From the NCBI GenBank assembly GCA_964565345.1, contig CAZMEQ010000004.1:2873-66872 (forward strand): a stretch of 64,000 nucleotides of DNA, read 5' to 3'. The notes under the pieces were generated by a model that was given only the letters and a program-made list of their open reading frames with translations, did not search any database and was not told where the DNA came from. Position 1 is the first letter of the stretch. Every line of letters starts with the position of its first letter. This stretch comes from an uncultured Gammaproteobacteria bacterium. GTDB taxonomy: Bacteria > Patescibacteriota > Patescibacteriia > UBA11705 > JABHMO01. Of the stretch, positions 48,093 through 57,556 are shown in pieces. The position numbers and the translations under genes are program-made.

Positions 48093-48133
48093 AAAAAACC
48101 CCTCCGAAGCCTTGGCGTAGGAGGGGTTTTTTA
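48093..48133. terminator. bidirectional terminator CCCCTCCgaagccttggcgtaGGAGGGG
   Basis: Seen directly. It lies between the convergent response-regulator and pilin genes. Confidence 0.75.
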
Positions 48134-48134
48134 T

Positions 48135-48599
48135 TTAACGAGTAATTTCTATGCTGGTAGCATCTTCTGGGTCGCAAGCGCCAATGGTGAGAGAATCTTC
48201 TGAGTTTTTTACAAAATAATACCCAGTTGCGCCAACTTCTCCGTCAATCGGGTCAGTTGGTATCTTCGGCAATTTCTTTTCATCGACCAGTGGAGTAAAG
48301 TCAAAACAGCTGGTTGCGGTTACTTTAGCCACACAGTTATTACAGCCGTTACTAGCAGTCCCAATTTGGTAATAAACATTAGGACTAACATTCTCAAGCG
48401 CGGTAAAATAGGAGCCACCGTTGTCGACCTGGAAAAGTTTAGCAGCTGCTCCAATAGCATCAACGTCCGACCAGCGTTGTGCATCGCGGGCTTTTTGAAA
48501 ACGTGTTAAGGGGTCAAGTGCTACGAACACGACTGTTACCAAAATCGCAATAATGGCAATCACTATTAACAGTTCAATTAAAGTAAAACCTTTTTTCAT
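48135..48599 (-). CDS. type IV major pilin-like protein (paralog 1)
   Basis: MKKGFTLIELLIVIAIIAIL. Confidence 0.8.
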   Translation of the reverse strand: MKKGFTLIELLIVIAIIAILVTVVFVALDPLTRFQKARDAQRWSDVDAIGAAAKLFQVDNGGSYFTALENVSPNVYYQIGTASNGCNNCVAKVTATSCFDFTPLVDEKKLPKIPTDPIDGEVGATGYYFVKNSEDSLTIGACDPEDATSIEITR

Positions 48600-48654
48600 A
48601 TGTTATTTAAATTATTACTACTTAATTATAGCGTATTTATCGAGAAATAAAAAA

Positions 48655-48696
48655 CCCTCCTTCCCCCGCATCTAGTGCGGGGTTCGGAGGGTTTTT
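48655..48696 (-). terminator. hairpin CCCTCCttCCCCGCatctagtGCGGGGttcGGAGGG + T-run
   Basis: Seen directly. It sits downstream of pilin paralog 2. Confidence 0.7.
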
Positions 48697-48700
48697 AAAT

Positions 48701-49168
48701 TTATCTGGAAACGTTGATAGTTGCTGCATCTTCTGGGTCGCAAGCACCAATTGTGATAGCTCCAGTAGCGCTCTTACTGATATAGTAATCAGTTTCAACG
48801 GCAGTGCCGGTTGAAGGATCCATTGGTACTGCTGGTAAATAACCATCTGTAACTAAGCCAGTTAGGTCAGCACAAGCTGCTTGAGTAACAACAGCAGTAC
48901 AGCCAGCGTCACCACCATTGGCGCAAGTACCAATCGTGTAGTTTAGGGCATTAGTTAAAGCTGTAACGGTTGCCATGTAGGTGCCACCATTATCAACCTG
49001 GTCTAATTTAATTGCATCTAACAAGGAACTAACATCCGAATAACGTTGTGCATCTCGAGCCTTTTGGAAACGTGTTAAAGGATCAAGAGCCACAAAGACC
49101 ACCACCGCCAAAATTGCAATAATGGCAATGACGATCAAGAGTTCGATCAAGGTAAACCCTTTTCGCAT
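48701..49168 (-). CDS. type IV major pilin-like protein (paralog 2)
   Basis: MRKGFTLIELLIVIAIIAIL. The N-terminal ~50 aa are near-identical to paralog 1, but the C-terminus diverges. Confidence 0.8.
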   Translation of the reverse strand: MRKGFTLIELLIVIAIIAILAVVVFVALDPLTRFQKARDAQRYSDVSSLLDAIKLDQVDNGGTYMATVTALTNALNYTIGTCANGGDAGCTAVVTQAACADLTGLVTDGYLPAVPMDPSTGTAVETDYYISKSATGAITIGACDPEDAATINVSR

Positions 49169-49227
49169 AGTTTTATGGTTAATTTTTTACTTCTATATTA
49201 TAGCACACATGGCTAAATTAAGCACAA

Positions 49228-49668
49228 TTAGTTATCCCAAGCCATTATAGTCTTGGTGGCTGGGTCAAAGGTAACTTTTATGTTGTCGGTTAGTTCATTT
49301 TGGGTGGTCGTCATATTGATTTCGAGATAAGCTCCATTCTCGTTAATCGTGCTTAGGCAAGTACCAGAAAAGATATCAAGTGTGCCCCCTTGATAGGCTT
49401 GGTTGCGAGTTAGGTTTAATAAATTTTCTTGAATACACGATAGTTGGAGTGTATCAAAATGAGTTTTTTGGACTTCTAGTGTTGAAGTTTCGAGATAAAT
49501 AATAGATTGGATAGTTATCTTAATTAAGACAACCGAAAAAACACTAGCCATAATGAGGACAATGACCATCAAAACATATCCGTCCTTATTCTGATTTAAT
49601 TGTGGTGACCTGTGTCCAGGACTTATTCGCTTCATAGCGTTTGTCTTGACTCGGATTATAATAATCAA
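49228..49668 (-). CDS. pilus-associated hypothetical membrane-anchored protein
   Basis: One transmembrane segment. Sits in the pilin operon. Start is uncertain. Confidence 0.35.
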   Translation of the reverse strand: MIIIIRVKTNAMKRISPGHRSPQLNQNKDGYVLMVIVLIMASVFSVVLIKITIQSIIYLETSTLEVQKTHFDTLQLSCIQENLLNLTRNQAYQGGTLDIFSGTCLSTINENGAYLEINMTTTQNELTDNIKVTFDPATKTIMAWDN

Positions 49669-50113
49669 GTCTAATATCGGTTGTTATTTGTTTTGTGGTA
49701 GGACTATAGTGAACTATAAAATCAGTTATATTAATTTTAGAAGTTATTAAATTAGTTGGTTGGGAATTGGGTAAAGTTACTATTAAGTTTGTTAGGGTAA
49801 AGGTCTGGCCGTTAAGATTTAAACTTTTATTTTCAGTTTCTATGCTTGTTGTGCTGTCATCTTGGTTTGTTATTACTAAGCGTCCGGGATTAGCATCTAG
49901 TACAGATTGCGTTATATTTATGGCTTTCGCATTTTGAATCTCCTGATGTAAAAAATTACTTAAAAACCGGTAATTATAGTTTATCTCGTTTACAGCGGTT
50001 AATTTCATTTGTGATGATAATACAGTCCAGGCTAAACTTAAACTAGCTGTTAGAATAATAGCCGTTAGCCCTATGTAGAGGAGAAGTTCAATTAAGGTAA
50101 AGCCTTGTCTCAT
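49586..50113 (-). CDS. pseudopilin-like protein
   Basis: MRQGFTLIELLLYIGLTAIIL. Confidence 0.65.
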   Translation of the reverse strand: MRQGFTLIELLLYIGLTAIILTASLSLAWTVLSSQMKLTAVNEINYNYRFLSNFLHQEIQNAKAINITQSVLDANPGRLVITNQDDSTTSIETENKSLNLNGQTFTLTNLIVTLPNSQPTNLITSKINITDFIVHYSPTTKQITTDIRLDYYNPSQDKRYEANKSWTQVTTIKSE

Positions 50114-50114
50114 A

Positions 50115-50999
50115 TTATGGAATAAAGGGGGGTGTTGTTATTTCTGTTTTGGTTGAGCCATCAAGCATTTTTGCTGTAATACTAAAGGTGGCGCCGTCCA
50201 CCTTTTCGTCAAAGCGAACAGTATTCATTTCATAGCTCGTATTTGGTTGTAAAACAAAATCCACTAAATCTAACTCAGTTCCAGATGGTTGAGCGCCGGT
50301 GGGAGTCCCAATCCCATTAGTGGAATGCCAGTAATTTTGGCCGGCAATTTTTACATAGGTGATATTACCCGGTTTATCCCACGAAAAAGTCATTTTGTCT
50401 AAGGTAATAATGGTGTTGCCGTTGTTGCGCAGAAAAATACCAAATAATGATTTTTTAGTGGAGTCAATGTAGGCTGTGCTGATATCCAAATCCAGTTTTC
50501 CGGCTTCAGTTATAACAACACAATTAGTAGGTGTTTTCCAGTTCGTAAAAATTTGGCTGAAGGTTTTAGTTTGTGGGCCGCGGTTATCGTTGTAAGATAA
50601 GGTTAGCTCTACAATTTTTGTATCAGAATCGTCCGTACCGTCCACTTCTACTAGATTACAATTCAGGTCTCTGGTAGCTTCGGTGATAGTTATAGTCCTA
50701 TTAAAGTTATTGATGGTGTCTGGTGTTTCTGAAAGAGTCCAGTTTGGATTATTAAAGATTAAGCCATGGGTTCCGTTGGTTAATGTCGCCCAATTGGTTT
50801 TCGCCAAAGAGTCAATAATTTCGAAGGTGCTTTGGGCTACTTGTGCTGTTGTTTGTTGTGCTTGTCCGCGGATTTGGTTGTCATAATAACGTAAGCTAGT
50901 TAAAACTCCTCCAGACATAAGAATACCAAACAGCGCAATAGCTAAAATGGCTTCAATTAAGTTTTGTCCTAGTCGTTGACTGTGTAACATGTTATTCAA
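50115..50999 (-). CDS. pilin-like protein with large extracellular domain
   Basis: GQNLIEAILAIALFGIL. Confidence 0.55.
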   Translation of the reverse strand: MNNMLHSQRLGQNLIEAILAIALFGILMSGGVLTSLRYYDNQIRGQAQQTTAQVAQSTFEIIDSLAKTNWATLTNGTHGLIFNNPNWTLSETPDTINNFNRTITITEATRDLNCNLVEVDGTDDSDTKIVELTLSYNDNRGPQTKTFSQIFTNWKTPTNCVVITEAGKLDLDISTAYIDSTKKSLFGIFLRNNGNTIITLDKMTFSWDKPGNITYVKIAGQNYWHSTNGIGTPTGAQPSGTELDLVDFVLQPNTSYEMNTVRFDEKVDGATFSITAKMLDGSTKTEITTPPFIP

Positions 51000-51423
51000 T
51001 TAACCCAATTAAAGAATAGTTAATGACGGATTGTTGGCCAGAGCGGTCGTTAACTAACGTGAGTGTTCCGGCCGTAATAGGGAATCCAGTATTTTTTATA
51101 AAGTTGATATCAGTGTTAGCCAAAGCGGATATGGTATTAGAAAGTGTGTAGGTGGTAGCACTTCCAGGTATTAGTTCAGCATATGATGAGCCCATATAGG
51201 AGGTGTAAGTATGTCCCGAAAAATAAACGCCATGATTATTATTGTTTTGTCCAATTTGAGCCAAAAATTGAATTTCTCGTAGCGCAACAATAATTTCTTG
51301 TTTTACGCTTTCTCGTTCACTAAACTCTTGGAATTTAAAATAGAGCGGGACACTTACAGCCACAATAATTAAAAAAACTATCACTACGATTACCATTTCA
51401 ATCAGAGTGAACCCTTTTCGCAT
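50992..51423 (-). CDS. pseudopilin-like protein
   Basis: MRKGFTLIEMVIVVIVFLII. Confidence 0.7.
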   Translation of the reverse strand: MRKGFTLIEMVIVVIVFLIIVAVSVPLYFKFQEFSERESVKQEIIVALREIQFLAQIGQNNNNHGVYFSGHTYTSYMGSSYAELIPGSATTYTLSNTISALANTDINFIKNTGFPITAGTLTLVNDRSGQQSVINYSLIGLIE

Positions 51424-51425
51424 AT

Positions 51426-52556
51426 TTAGTTAAATTCTTGAGTAATAGAGTAAATAGGTGTGATAATCGACAGAGCCAGCACCGCGACAATTAAGCCCAA
51501 GAAGATGAATAAAACAGGTTCGAGTATATTAGAAAGATTTTTTGAAAGATCGTTTAATTCTTCTTCTCTAATAGAAGCGACATAGGCCAAAGAGTCAGCT
51601 AGGGTACCGGATTCTTCGCCTACGTTAATAATTTGCGTGTCGGTAGGGGGAAAAAGTTTGTGATGTTGATCTAATAAATCAAAAAGGTTTTCTCCGGTTT
51701 TGATACGACTATGTATTTCTTCGATGATTTTTTTATAATGGACATTATTAATCGTTTGGCTACAGATGATAATACCTTCATCAATAGTGGACCCGCTTTT
51801 GAGAAGAATGCTCAAACTACGATAAAACATTGATAGGTTATAGTTTTTTGTAAACCTATTCAAAATGGGAAAATGTATTAAGAGCCTGTGGGTGAGTGGT
51901 TTAACCTGTTTTAGACGTAAGACAATAAAAAGGGTCACTAATACTGCCAAAACCAGCGAAACGGCCAGCACTCCATGATTTTCAAAGAAGTCAGATACGG
52001 TAATCAATATTCTTGTTGTTAGGGGAAGCTCGACTCGAAAATTCTTGAACATTTTCGTTAGTTTGGGGAGAACAAATAAGGCAATTAAGGTTCCCAAAAT
52101 AAGCGTTCCACCTAAAATTATCATTGGGTACACCATGGCCCCGACAATTTGTTTTTTAAGTTTGTAGGTTTTATCAAGTTGTTCGGCTAGATATTCTAGG
52201 TTTTTGTCTAGGGTTCCTGATTCTTCACCAATTTTGACGATATTGATGTATATGTCCGAAAATATTTTGGGATGTTCTCCCAAAGCTTCACTAAATTTAC
52301 GTCCTTGTTCAACTATGTCGATAATTTCGATTAGTGTTTGGTGGAACTTACCCTTAGTTTGTTTGTTTATGACGCGCAGGGATTCGCTTAATGTTGACCC
52401 TGTTTTAAGCATGATAGACAAGTTTTTAGTAAAAAAAAGTACGGTTCTTTTAGAAACCCCACCAATGTAGATTTGTTTTTTTTCTTTTTTGGTAGATACT
52501 TTTTTTGATTGAACTTCGTCGCTGGTAGTTTTTTTGTTTTTACTTTTTGGGCGCAT
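51426..52556 (-). CDS. type IV pilus platform protein PilC/GspF family (second copy)
   Basis: 376 aa with GspF-like repeats. Confidence 0.75.
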   Translation of the reverse strand: MRPKSKNKKTTSDEVQSKKVSTKKEKKQIYIGGVSKRTVLFFTKNLSIMLKTGSTLSESLRVINKQTKGKFHQTLIEIIDIVEQGRKFSEALGEHPKIFSDIYINIVKIGEESGTLDKNLEYLAEQLDKTYKLKKQIVGAMVYPMIILGGTLILGTLIALFVLPKLTKMFKNFRVELPLTTRILITVSDFFENHGVLAVSLVLAVLVTLFIVLRLKQVKPLTHRLLIHFPILNRFTKNYNLSMFYRSLSILLKSGSTIDEGIIICSQTINNVHYKKIIEEIHSRIKTGENLFDLLDQHHKLFPPTDTQIINVGEESGTLADSLAYVASIREEELNDLSKNLSNILEPVLFIFLGLIVAVLALSIITPIYSITQEFN

Positions 52557-52576
52557 AGAACTATGTTAGAGTGCGT

Positions 52577-54268
52577 TTATTCTCGTGTCACACGCAAGAC
52601 TTCGTCAATTGTGGTAATCCCTGTTAAAACTTTTTCGACCCCATCTTCTATCATGGTGCTCATGCCCTTACTCACGGCCTTATTTTTTATGTCTTCGGCG
52701 TTTGATTTTTCCATAATCATGTGTTTAATATCTTCGTCCAACGCCATAATTTCAAAAATGCCGATTCGTCCAGTATAACCAGTGTTTTGACATTTGGGAC
52801 AGCCCTCTCCTTTATATATTTTAGTGCTTATTTTATCTAATTTATACTTTTTAATTATTTCTGGTGAGAGCTGTTGCTCAATTAGATTTATTGTTTCTTG
52901 GGAGAGTTTAATTTCTTTGCGGCAATTATTACAGACCTTACGGACTAATCGTTGGGCAATAATAACATTAATAGTTGAGGCCACCAGAAATGGTTCTACG
53001 CCCATGTCCATTAAGCGGGGGAGGGTTGTGGGGGCGTCATTGGTGTGTAGAGTAGACAAAACTAAGTGTCCAGTCATAGCTGAATTAATAGCAATGCTGG
53101 CAGTTTCTTGATCGCGGATTTCGCCCACCATAATAATGTCAGGGTCTTGACGGACTATAGCACGCAACCCGGCCGCAAAGGTTAAGTTGGTATTGGGGTT
53201 AACTTGAATTTGATTAATGCCTTCGATATCATATTCAACCGGATCTTCAATTGTTGAAATATTAACTTCACGGGTATTTAAAATTTTTAGAACAGAATAA
53301 AGAGTGGTTGTTTTCCCGGTACCTGTTGGCCCTGTTACTAGAATCATACCCCAGGGTTTATCGATATTATTTTGGACTATTTTAAGTTGCTTTTTATTGA
53401 AACCGAGGTTTTCAAGGTCATACTGGCGGGCTTTTTCTGAGAGTAGGCGCATCACAATTTTTTCTCCGTAAATAACTGGAACTATCGAAACGCGGACATC
53501 GATTTTTTTACTTTCAGATTTAAAACGGAGGCGACCATCTTGGGCGGCGCGGTGTTCATCAGTACGTAGACGCGATAAAATTTTAATGCGAGTTATTATT
53601 AGGTCGTGGAGATTTTTAGGGATTTCAACTATGTCATGCATAATGCCATCAATACGGAAGCGAACGTCAGTCTTTGTTTCGTGTGGCTCTATGTGAATAT
53701 CAGAAGCTTTATTGTCATAGCCTAAAACTAATATTTTTTCCACGATGTTGATGATGGGCAAATCTTCGGCGTGCGAAATTTTTTCACTGGCGGCGCTTGC
53801 GCTTTCAATCATTTTGTTCAATTCTTTGTCAGTAGATTGCAAGGGCAGTCTGTTTATGTAATCAACTAGTTCTTCGTCATTTTCATAATATACAAGAAGA
53901 GGTTGATCAAGTCTTTTTTCGAGGTTGGCTATGAAGGCCTTGTTATCGGGGCGGCAGGTAGCAACATGAAAGCCGCGGTGATCTTTTTTAAAAATGACCA
54001 CGCCTTCTTTTTGAGCTAATATCTCTGGCAGATATTGAAAACTCTCTACAAAAGGTTTTTCATTTGCAAGAGTTATGCTTTTTAATTTATAGGTATCAGC
54101 AATAGCCTCTTTAATTTCTGCTTCGTTGATAATCTCGTTGGTTGTCAGGTATTTTAATAAAGGCAGATTTTGTTTTTCGGCCTCCGTAGCATGTTTTTTC
54201 AACTCATCTGCTTTTAGTAGTTTTTGGTCTTTGATTATTTTTTCGAAATCTTGGTCAGATAAATTCAT
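52577..54268 (-). CDS. type IV pilus assembly ATPase PilB/GspE family (second copy)
   Basis: Walker A GPTGTGKTT. Tetracysteine CNNC...CPKC. Confidence 0.8.
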   Translation of the reverse strand: MNLSDQDFEKIIKDQKLLKADELKKHATEAEKQNLPLLKYLTTNEIINEAEIKEAIADTYKLKSITLANEKPFVESFQYLPEILAQKEGVVIFKKDHRGFHVATCRPDNKAFIANLEKRLDQPLLVYYENDEELVDYINRLPLQSTDKELNKMIESASAASEKISHAEDLPIINIVEKILVLGYDNKASDIHIEPHETKTDVRFRIDGIMHDIVEIPKNLHDLIITRIKILSRLRTDEHRAAQDGRLRFKSESKKIDVRVSIVPVIYGEKIVMRLLSEKARQYDLENLGFNKKQLKIVQNNIDKPWGMILVTGPTGTGKTTTLYSVLKILNTREVNISTIEDPVEYDIEGINQIQVNPNTNLTFAAGLRAIVRQDPDIIMVGEIRDQETASIAINSAMTGHLVLSTLHTNDAPTTLPRLMDMGVEPFLVASTINVIIAQRLVRKVCNNCRKEIKLSQETINLIEQQLSPEIIKKYKLDKISTKIYKGEGCPKCQNTGYTGRIGIFEIMALDEDIKHMIMEKSNAEDIKNKAVSKGMSTMIEDGVEKVLTGITTIDEVLRVTRE

Positions 54269-54347
54269 AAAATAAAATATTCTTGATTTAATTATATCAT
54301 AAAAGGAGTTTTATGATAAAACTCCCAAGTCTGATATTTTAAAATGA

Positions 54348-55604
54348 TTATTCGTGCCTTAACGCATCAATCGGGCTCATGTGGGCAGCTTGACGAGCTG
54401 GATATAAACCAAAGATTAAACCGACTAAGACGGACATTACAACGGAAGCCAACATGCCTTGCCACGAAATTGAAAAGTCCCAGTCGAACCCCAATAACCC
54501 GGCCACCAACGATACGAGTAGGGACAGTAAAATTCCCAAAATAATGCCAATAATCCCGCCCATAAAGGTGACAATGACTGATTCAGCTAAGAATTGCCAT
54601 AAGATATTGGCATTTTTTGCGCCCAGAGATTTACGTAACCCAATTTCTGGCGTGCGCTCAGTAACTGAAACATACATAATGTTCATAATTCCAACGCCAC
54701 CGACTATCAGAGATATAGAGCCGAGGGCTATTAAAAGTATTTGAATGCCGTAAATAATAACATTCAACATATCCATGGCTTGTTCCATGGTGGTAACAGC
54801 AAAATCATCCTTATCGGGATCTGTTATTTTATGTCGTTCGCGTAGTGTTAGTGTAATATCTTCCGCTGTTATGGGGGATAGCTTAGTATCGTAAACTTGA
54901 GTTAAAATAAAACTGACATAATCAACACCCAGGATTCTTTTTTGAAGGGTTTGTATGGGCAGAAAGGCCATGCCATCCATGTCCATGGCAAAACTCGCAC
55001 CTTTTTCTTTTAAAATGCCAACCACATTGAATTTTTCGGAACCTATTTTAATAGATTGGCCTAAAGCCGAGGATTCTCCAAACAGATCATTTTTAAGTTT
55101 TGAACCTAAAACAACAACTTTACTAAGGGTACGATCTTCTTCGTCCGTAAAAAATTGACCCTCAGCGATTTCGCTGGTATCAATGTCAATAAAGCTGGCA
55201 TTAACTCCAAAAATATTAGTTTTTTTAAATTCATTATCATGGCTTAATATTTCTTGACCCATAAGACCAGCGTAATAATTTTTCACATTATCAATCTTGG
55301 CAATGGCTTCGGCATCTTCTAATTTTAAAGTTGTAATAGTTGTTCCCCCGACCATGCTAAATGAGTTCTCACTGGAAGTATGTCCTGTCTGAGGTGTTTT
55401 TACTTCCACTTGTATGTAATCAGTCCCAAACGCTTCTATCTCGTCTATTATAAAGCCTCTTATGGCTTGGCCAATAGACAGTACGGCGATAACAGCTGTG
55501 ATGCCAATTACAATCCCGAGTATGGTTAAAAGCGTGCGCCCTTTATTTTTACGTAAGGAGTTTATAGCGATGTTAAAAGAATTTGTGATTAGCGTTTTAT
55601 TCAT
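54348..55604 (-). CDS. ABC transporter permease, FtsX/MacB-like
   Basis: N-terminal transmembrane segment, large periplasmic loop and a C-terminal bundle of 3 transmembrane segments. Confidence 0.7.
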   Translation of the reverse strand: MNKTLITNSFNIAINSLRKNKGRTLLTILGIVIGITAVIAVLSIGQAIRGFIIDEIEAFGTDYIQVEVKTPQTGHTSSENSFSMVGGTTITTLKLEDAEAIAKIDNVKNYYAGLMGQEILSHDNEFKKTNIFGVNASFIDIDTSEIAEGQFFTDEEDRTLSKVVVLGSKLKNDLFGESSALGQSIKIGSEKFNVVGILKEKGASFAMDMDGMAFLPIQTLQKRILGVDYVSFILTQVYDTKLSPITAEDITLTLRERHKITDPDKDDFAVTTMEQAMDMLNVIIYGIQILLIALGSISLIVGGVGIMNIMYVSVTERTPEIGLRKSLGAKNANILWQFLAESVIVTFMGGIIGIILGILLSLLVSLVAGLLGFDWDFSISWQGMLASVVMSVLVGLIFGLYPARQAAHMSPIDALRHE

Positions 55605-56829
55605 AGTGGAGCGCAGTTATGGGGTCTAGTTTTGCGGCTTTACGTGCTGGATATAGGCCAAATATAAGACCAACCAGCGAAGACATAACGCAGGCTAAAA
55701 GTATCGAGCCCGGGGTTATAACAAAAGTCCAGTCATAGCCTAGCTGATTAACTATAATGGAAATTAAATATGATAACGAAACCCCAATAGCAATCCCAAT
55801 GATTGCCCCTAGAGATGTTATAACTAAAGTTTCTAGAAGGAACTGAAAAACAATTTGTTGAGATTTGGCGCCCACGGATTTTCTAAGGCCAATTTCTTTA
55901 ACTCTTTGTGTTACCGCTGCCAACATAATATTCATAATACCGATGCCACCAACTATAAGAGAAATAGAAACAATGGCTAATAAAAAGAATTGCAATGAGC
56001 TTGTAATGGTGCTCAGCATTTCTTGGGCGTCGGCAGTATTTCTAACCGAAAAGTCATCTTTTTCAGGATCTTTTATATTATGTCGACTGCGTAATAATAT
56101 TTCAGCTTCTTCGATGATAAAAGGGATATTTTTTTCTTCGGCTACTTTAACACGCATAAACCCAATATGTTTTATGCCGAGCAGTCGTGTTTGTGCTGTA
56201 GTTACCGGGACAAAAATCATGTTGTCTACGTTTTGAAATCCGGCTGTACCTTGCGGTTCCATTACACCAATCACGGTAAAACTATTTTGTTTGATATATA
56301 TTTTTTGTCCCAGTGGGTCGGTGTTTTCAAATAAATTATCTTTAACTTGTGAACCAATAACAGCCACAGTGGCATTTGTTTTTTTATGTTCTTCGGTGAA
56401 AAATTCGCCTTGAGCTGTTTTGGCATCAGTAATAATAGGGTAGTCTGCAGAAACTCCATAAATAGAGTTGACAATTTTTTGGTTATCCCAACTAATTGCA
56501 TCGGTTGTACTCACATATGAGCTGGCCGCAATAACGCCAGGTATTTTTTTTATGGCTTCTGTGTCTGAATCCTTAAGGGTGGTGATAATAACACCAAATA
56601 CTGCGGCTGGTGGTCCTTTTTCATCTGATTTACCGGGTAGAATGCCAATAATATTTGAGCCAATGCCGCGTATTTGATTGGTTATGAGACTTTCGGCCCC
56701 GGCTACTACAGAGGTAATAGTAATGACTGATGAAATTCCAATAATAATGCCGAGCATGGTTAAAAACGAACGCATTTTAAAAGTTCGTAAATTAGTAAAA
56801 GATTGTTTAACCGTGGCGCGAATGAGCAT
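55597..56829 (-). CDS. ABC transporter permease, FtsX/MacB-like (paralog)
   Basis: Same architecture as the neighbouring permease. Confidence 0.7.
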   Translation of the reverse strand: MLIRATVKQSFTNLRTFKMRSFLTMLGIIIGISSVITITSVVAGAESLITNQIRGIGSNIIGILPGKSDEKGPPAAVFGVIITTLKDSDTEAIKKIPGVIAASSYVSTTDAISWDNQKIVNSIYGVSADYPIITDAKTAQGEFFTEEHKKTNATVAVIGSQVKDNLFENTDPLGQKIYIKQNSFTVIGVMEPQGTAGFQNVDNMIFVPVTTAQTRLLGIKHIGFMRVKVAEEKNIPFIIEEAEILLRSRHNIKDPEKDDFSVRNTADAQEMLSTITSSLQFFLLAIVSISLIVGGIGIMNIMLAAVTQRVKEIGLRKSVGAKSQQIVFQFLLETLVITSLGAIIGIAIGVSLSYLISIIVNQLGYDWTFVITPGSILLACVMSSLVGLIFGLYPARKAAKLDPITALHYE

Positions 56830-56830
56830 G

Positions 56831-57553
56831 TTATTTTTTTAGTTCGCTGTTAGCGGAAGCTAAACGACGCTGACCAACCTTGTTGTCAGAATATATCTCA
56901 CCGTCTTTGATTTTAATAATTCTTTTAGCGTGTTCAGCTGTATCATTTTCATGGGTTACAATAATTATGGTTTTACCTTTTTCGTTTAGTTCTTGGAGAA
57001 GTTGCATAATTTGGTTGCCTGTTTTGGAGTCGAGGTTGCCGGTGGGTTCGTCGGCTAAAATAATCTCGGGTTCATTAACTAGGGCTCGAGCAATAGCAAC
57101 GCGTTGTTTTTCGCCACCGGAGAGTTGATTCGAAAGATAATCACGACGGTGTTCGAGGCTGACTTCTTTAATGGCTTCATCAACAAGTTTGGTGTGTTTG
57201 GTGGTTGGTTGTTTGCTATATATAAGAGGGAGTTTTACGTTTTCAAAGACTGAAGTTCGGGGTAGCAGGTTGAATGACTGAAAAACGAAGCCGATTTCTT
57301 TGTTACGGATTTCGGCCATTTCATCATCACTTAGATTTTCAATATTCTCACCCTTAAAAAGATATTGCCCTCCAGTCGGCTTAGTTAGAAAACCGATTAT
57401 GTGCATCAACGTTGATTTCCCTGATCCCGAAGGGCCCATGATGGCCACAAATTCTCCTTTTTCAATGACAAAACTAGCTTCTTTAAGGGCCAGCGTTTTT
57501 ACTTCTTCATTTTCGTAAACTTTTTGTAAATTTTTTGCTTCGATTAATTTCAT
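56831..57553 (-). CDS. ABC transporter ATP-binding protein (MacB/LolD-like)
   Basis: [24 protein letters not shown] and [11 protein letters not shown] motifs. Confidence 0.85.
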   Translation of the reverse strand: MKLIEAKNLQKVYENEEVKTLALKEASFVIEKGEFVAIMGPSGSGKSTLMHIIGFLTKPTGGQYLFKGENIENLSDDEMAEIRNKEIGFVFQSFNLLPRTSVFENVKLPLIYSKQPTTKHTKLVDEAIKEVSLEHRRDYLSNQLSGGEKQRVAIARALVNEPEIILADEPTGNLDSKTGNQIMQLLQELNEKGKTIIIVTHENDTAEHAKRIIKIKDGEIYSDNKVGQRRLASANSELKK

Positions 57554-57556
57554 ACA

